DNA of 24,662 nucleotides, taken from positions 1-24,662 of the IMG/VR virus record IMGVR_UViG_3300020042_001560; one strand, written 5' to 3'. Every line of letters starts with the position of its first letter. The stretch's first letter is position 1. Origin of the DNA: a virus (Duplodnaviria > Caudoviricetes). The translations under genes and the position numbers were made by a program. Positions 23,624 through 24,662 of the stretch are shown one piece after another. The notes under the pieces were generated by a model. That model was not told the DNA's origin. It saw nothing but the letters and a program-made list of their open reading frames with translations, and did no database searches.

Positions 23624-24662
23624 ATTTTCTCGCCGCCGTAAAAGCCACCAGCAGACCAGCAGCATTGCCACACCAAATGGCTGCATGGAACTATGCGTGG
23701 GACCTGTTGACTATTGAGGAGCAGCAAGAATTTCTGAGCAAATTCAGGGCTGATCCACCAGCTAAGGCAATAACGGAGCCCACCTACGGCAACACCTGGG
23801 CTGGTGTAACGGCTGCGGCCAAAGTGTCGGGCGCCAAATATCCTGAGCTAGTGGCTGCGCAATGGGCGCTTGAATCTGGATATGGCAAGCATGTATCTGG
23901 CACCCATAACTATTTTGGGCTGAAAGGATCCGGCACTGCTACCAAAACTCAGGAGTTTATTAACGGCCAAATGGTGTCAATGGTTGACTCATTCATTGAC
24001 TTTCCTGATTTACTGTCATGCGTCCGCTACCTCGTTCACAGGTGGCACTGTGATTACGTGGCATATAAAGGTTGCAATAGCGCAGCCAACCGCAATGAAC
24101 CTGCTAAGTGGCTAGTGAAAGATGGTTACGCTACCGATCCTGATTACGCTGATAAGTTAATTAAGCTAATGAGTGAGCAGGGCGCACCAGCTAAAGCCAC
24201 GTCTGTGTTGCTTAAGGTGCCATGCGAGGCGCAAAATGACAATGCCAGCGGCACAGGTTATAGAGAATGTTTCTCCAGTAGTTGCGCGATGATTGCTAAA
24301 TTTTACGGCAAGGTAAAAAACGACGATGAATACAATTTAATTCGTGCCAAATTTGGCGATACGACGGATTCACAAGCACAACTTGCAGCTTTGCGCTCCC
24401 TAGGTTTGCAAGCACGATTCGTAACCAATGCAGCGCAAGGTTTATTAGATCTTGAATTACGTGCTGGCAGACCTGTGGCGGTGGGCTGGTTACATCATGG
24501 GCCGTACAACGCGCCTACAGGCGGTGGACATTGGAGCGTAGTGATCGGTTTTACTGTTGAGCATTGGATTCAAAACGATCCCAATGGCGAGGCAGATCTC
24601 ATTAACGGTGGCTACACCAGCAATAAAAACGGTGCTGCCGTCAAATACAGCCGTCCGCGCTG
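23620..24662 (+). CDS. Endolysin: GH73 glucosaminidase/muramidase plus C39-like cysteine peptidase; 3'-truncated
   Basis: Hand-translated; open to the window end, so absent from the ORF track. GH73: 'AAQWALESGYG', 'NYFGLKG', 'GYATDPDY'. C39-like: 'QNDN...RECFSSSCAM', 'GRPVAVGWLH', 'GGGHWSVVIG', 'NDP'. Confidence 0.9.
   Translation, partial: MNFLAAVKATSRPAALPHQMAAWNYAWDLLTIEEQQEFLSKFRADPPAKAITEPTYGNTWAGVTAAAKVSGAKYPELVAAQWALESGYGKHVSGTHNYFGLKGSGTATKTQEFINGQMVSMVDSFIDFPDLLSCVRYLVHRWHCDYVAYKGCNSAANRNEPAKWLVKDGYATDPDYADKLIKLMSEQGAPAKATSVLLKVPCEAQNDNASGTGYRECFSSSCAMIAKFYGKVKNDDEYNLIRAKFGDTTDSQAQLAALRSLGLQARFVTNAAQGLLDLELRAGRPVAVGWLHHGPYNAPTGGGHWSVVIGFTVEHWIQNDPNGEADLINGGYTSNKNGAAVKYSRPR

Noticed and set aside
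23343-23727. Minus-strand ORFs 23343..23525 and 23503..23727
   Set aside because: The region is better explained by the + strand -1 frame ORF and the endolysin start.
1-24662. CRISPR arrays, tRNA/rRNA genes, DGR template/variable repeats, invertible segments, prohead protease
   Set aside because: None seen by eye: no regularly spaced repeats, cloverleafs, adenine-specific mismatched repeats, reverse transcriptase, recombinase or protease motifs. Subtle RNA genes cannot be excluded without tools.

Overview
This window is the virion morphogenesis and lysis module of a long-tailed (siphovirus-like) dsDNA phage, nearly all on the + strand. Gene order: portal (5'-truncated), Mu gpF/SPP1 gp7-like minor head protein, four small basic proteins, scaffold, HK97-type major capsid, neck genes, tail tube, tail assembly chaperone with its -1 frameshift, tape measure, tail tip genes, tail fibre, Gly-rich protein, small membrane proteins and a GH73 + C39-like endolysin (3'-truncated). 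A cyanobacterial host is plausible but is inference only. The standout is a 279-aa intein (1443-2279) in the conserved HFN/CRS motif of the minor head protein. It has no recognisable endonuclease in its own frame. Instead, the opposite strand carries a codon-aligned 257-aa ORF (1446-2219) wholly inside the intein, with HTH, NUMOD3-like and Vsr/DUF559-type nuclease features. This suggests an intein whose homing endonuclease is a separate antisense gene. A second notable signal is an apparent programmed -1 frameshift (A AAA AAG plus a hairpin) that would extend a holin-like gene by 80 codons lacking their own start. All family assignments come from motif recognition by eye; no searches were run.
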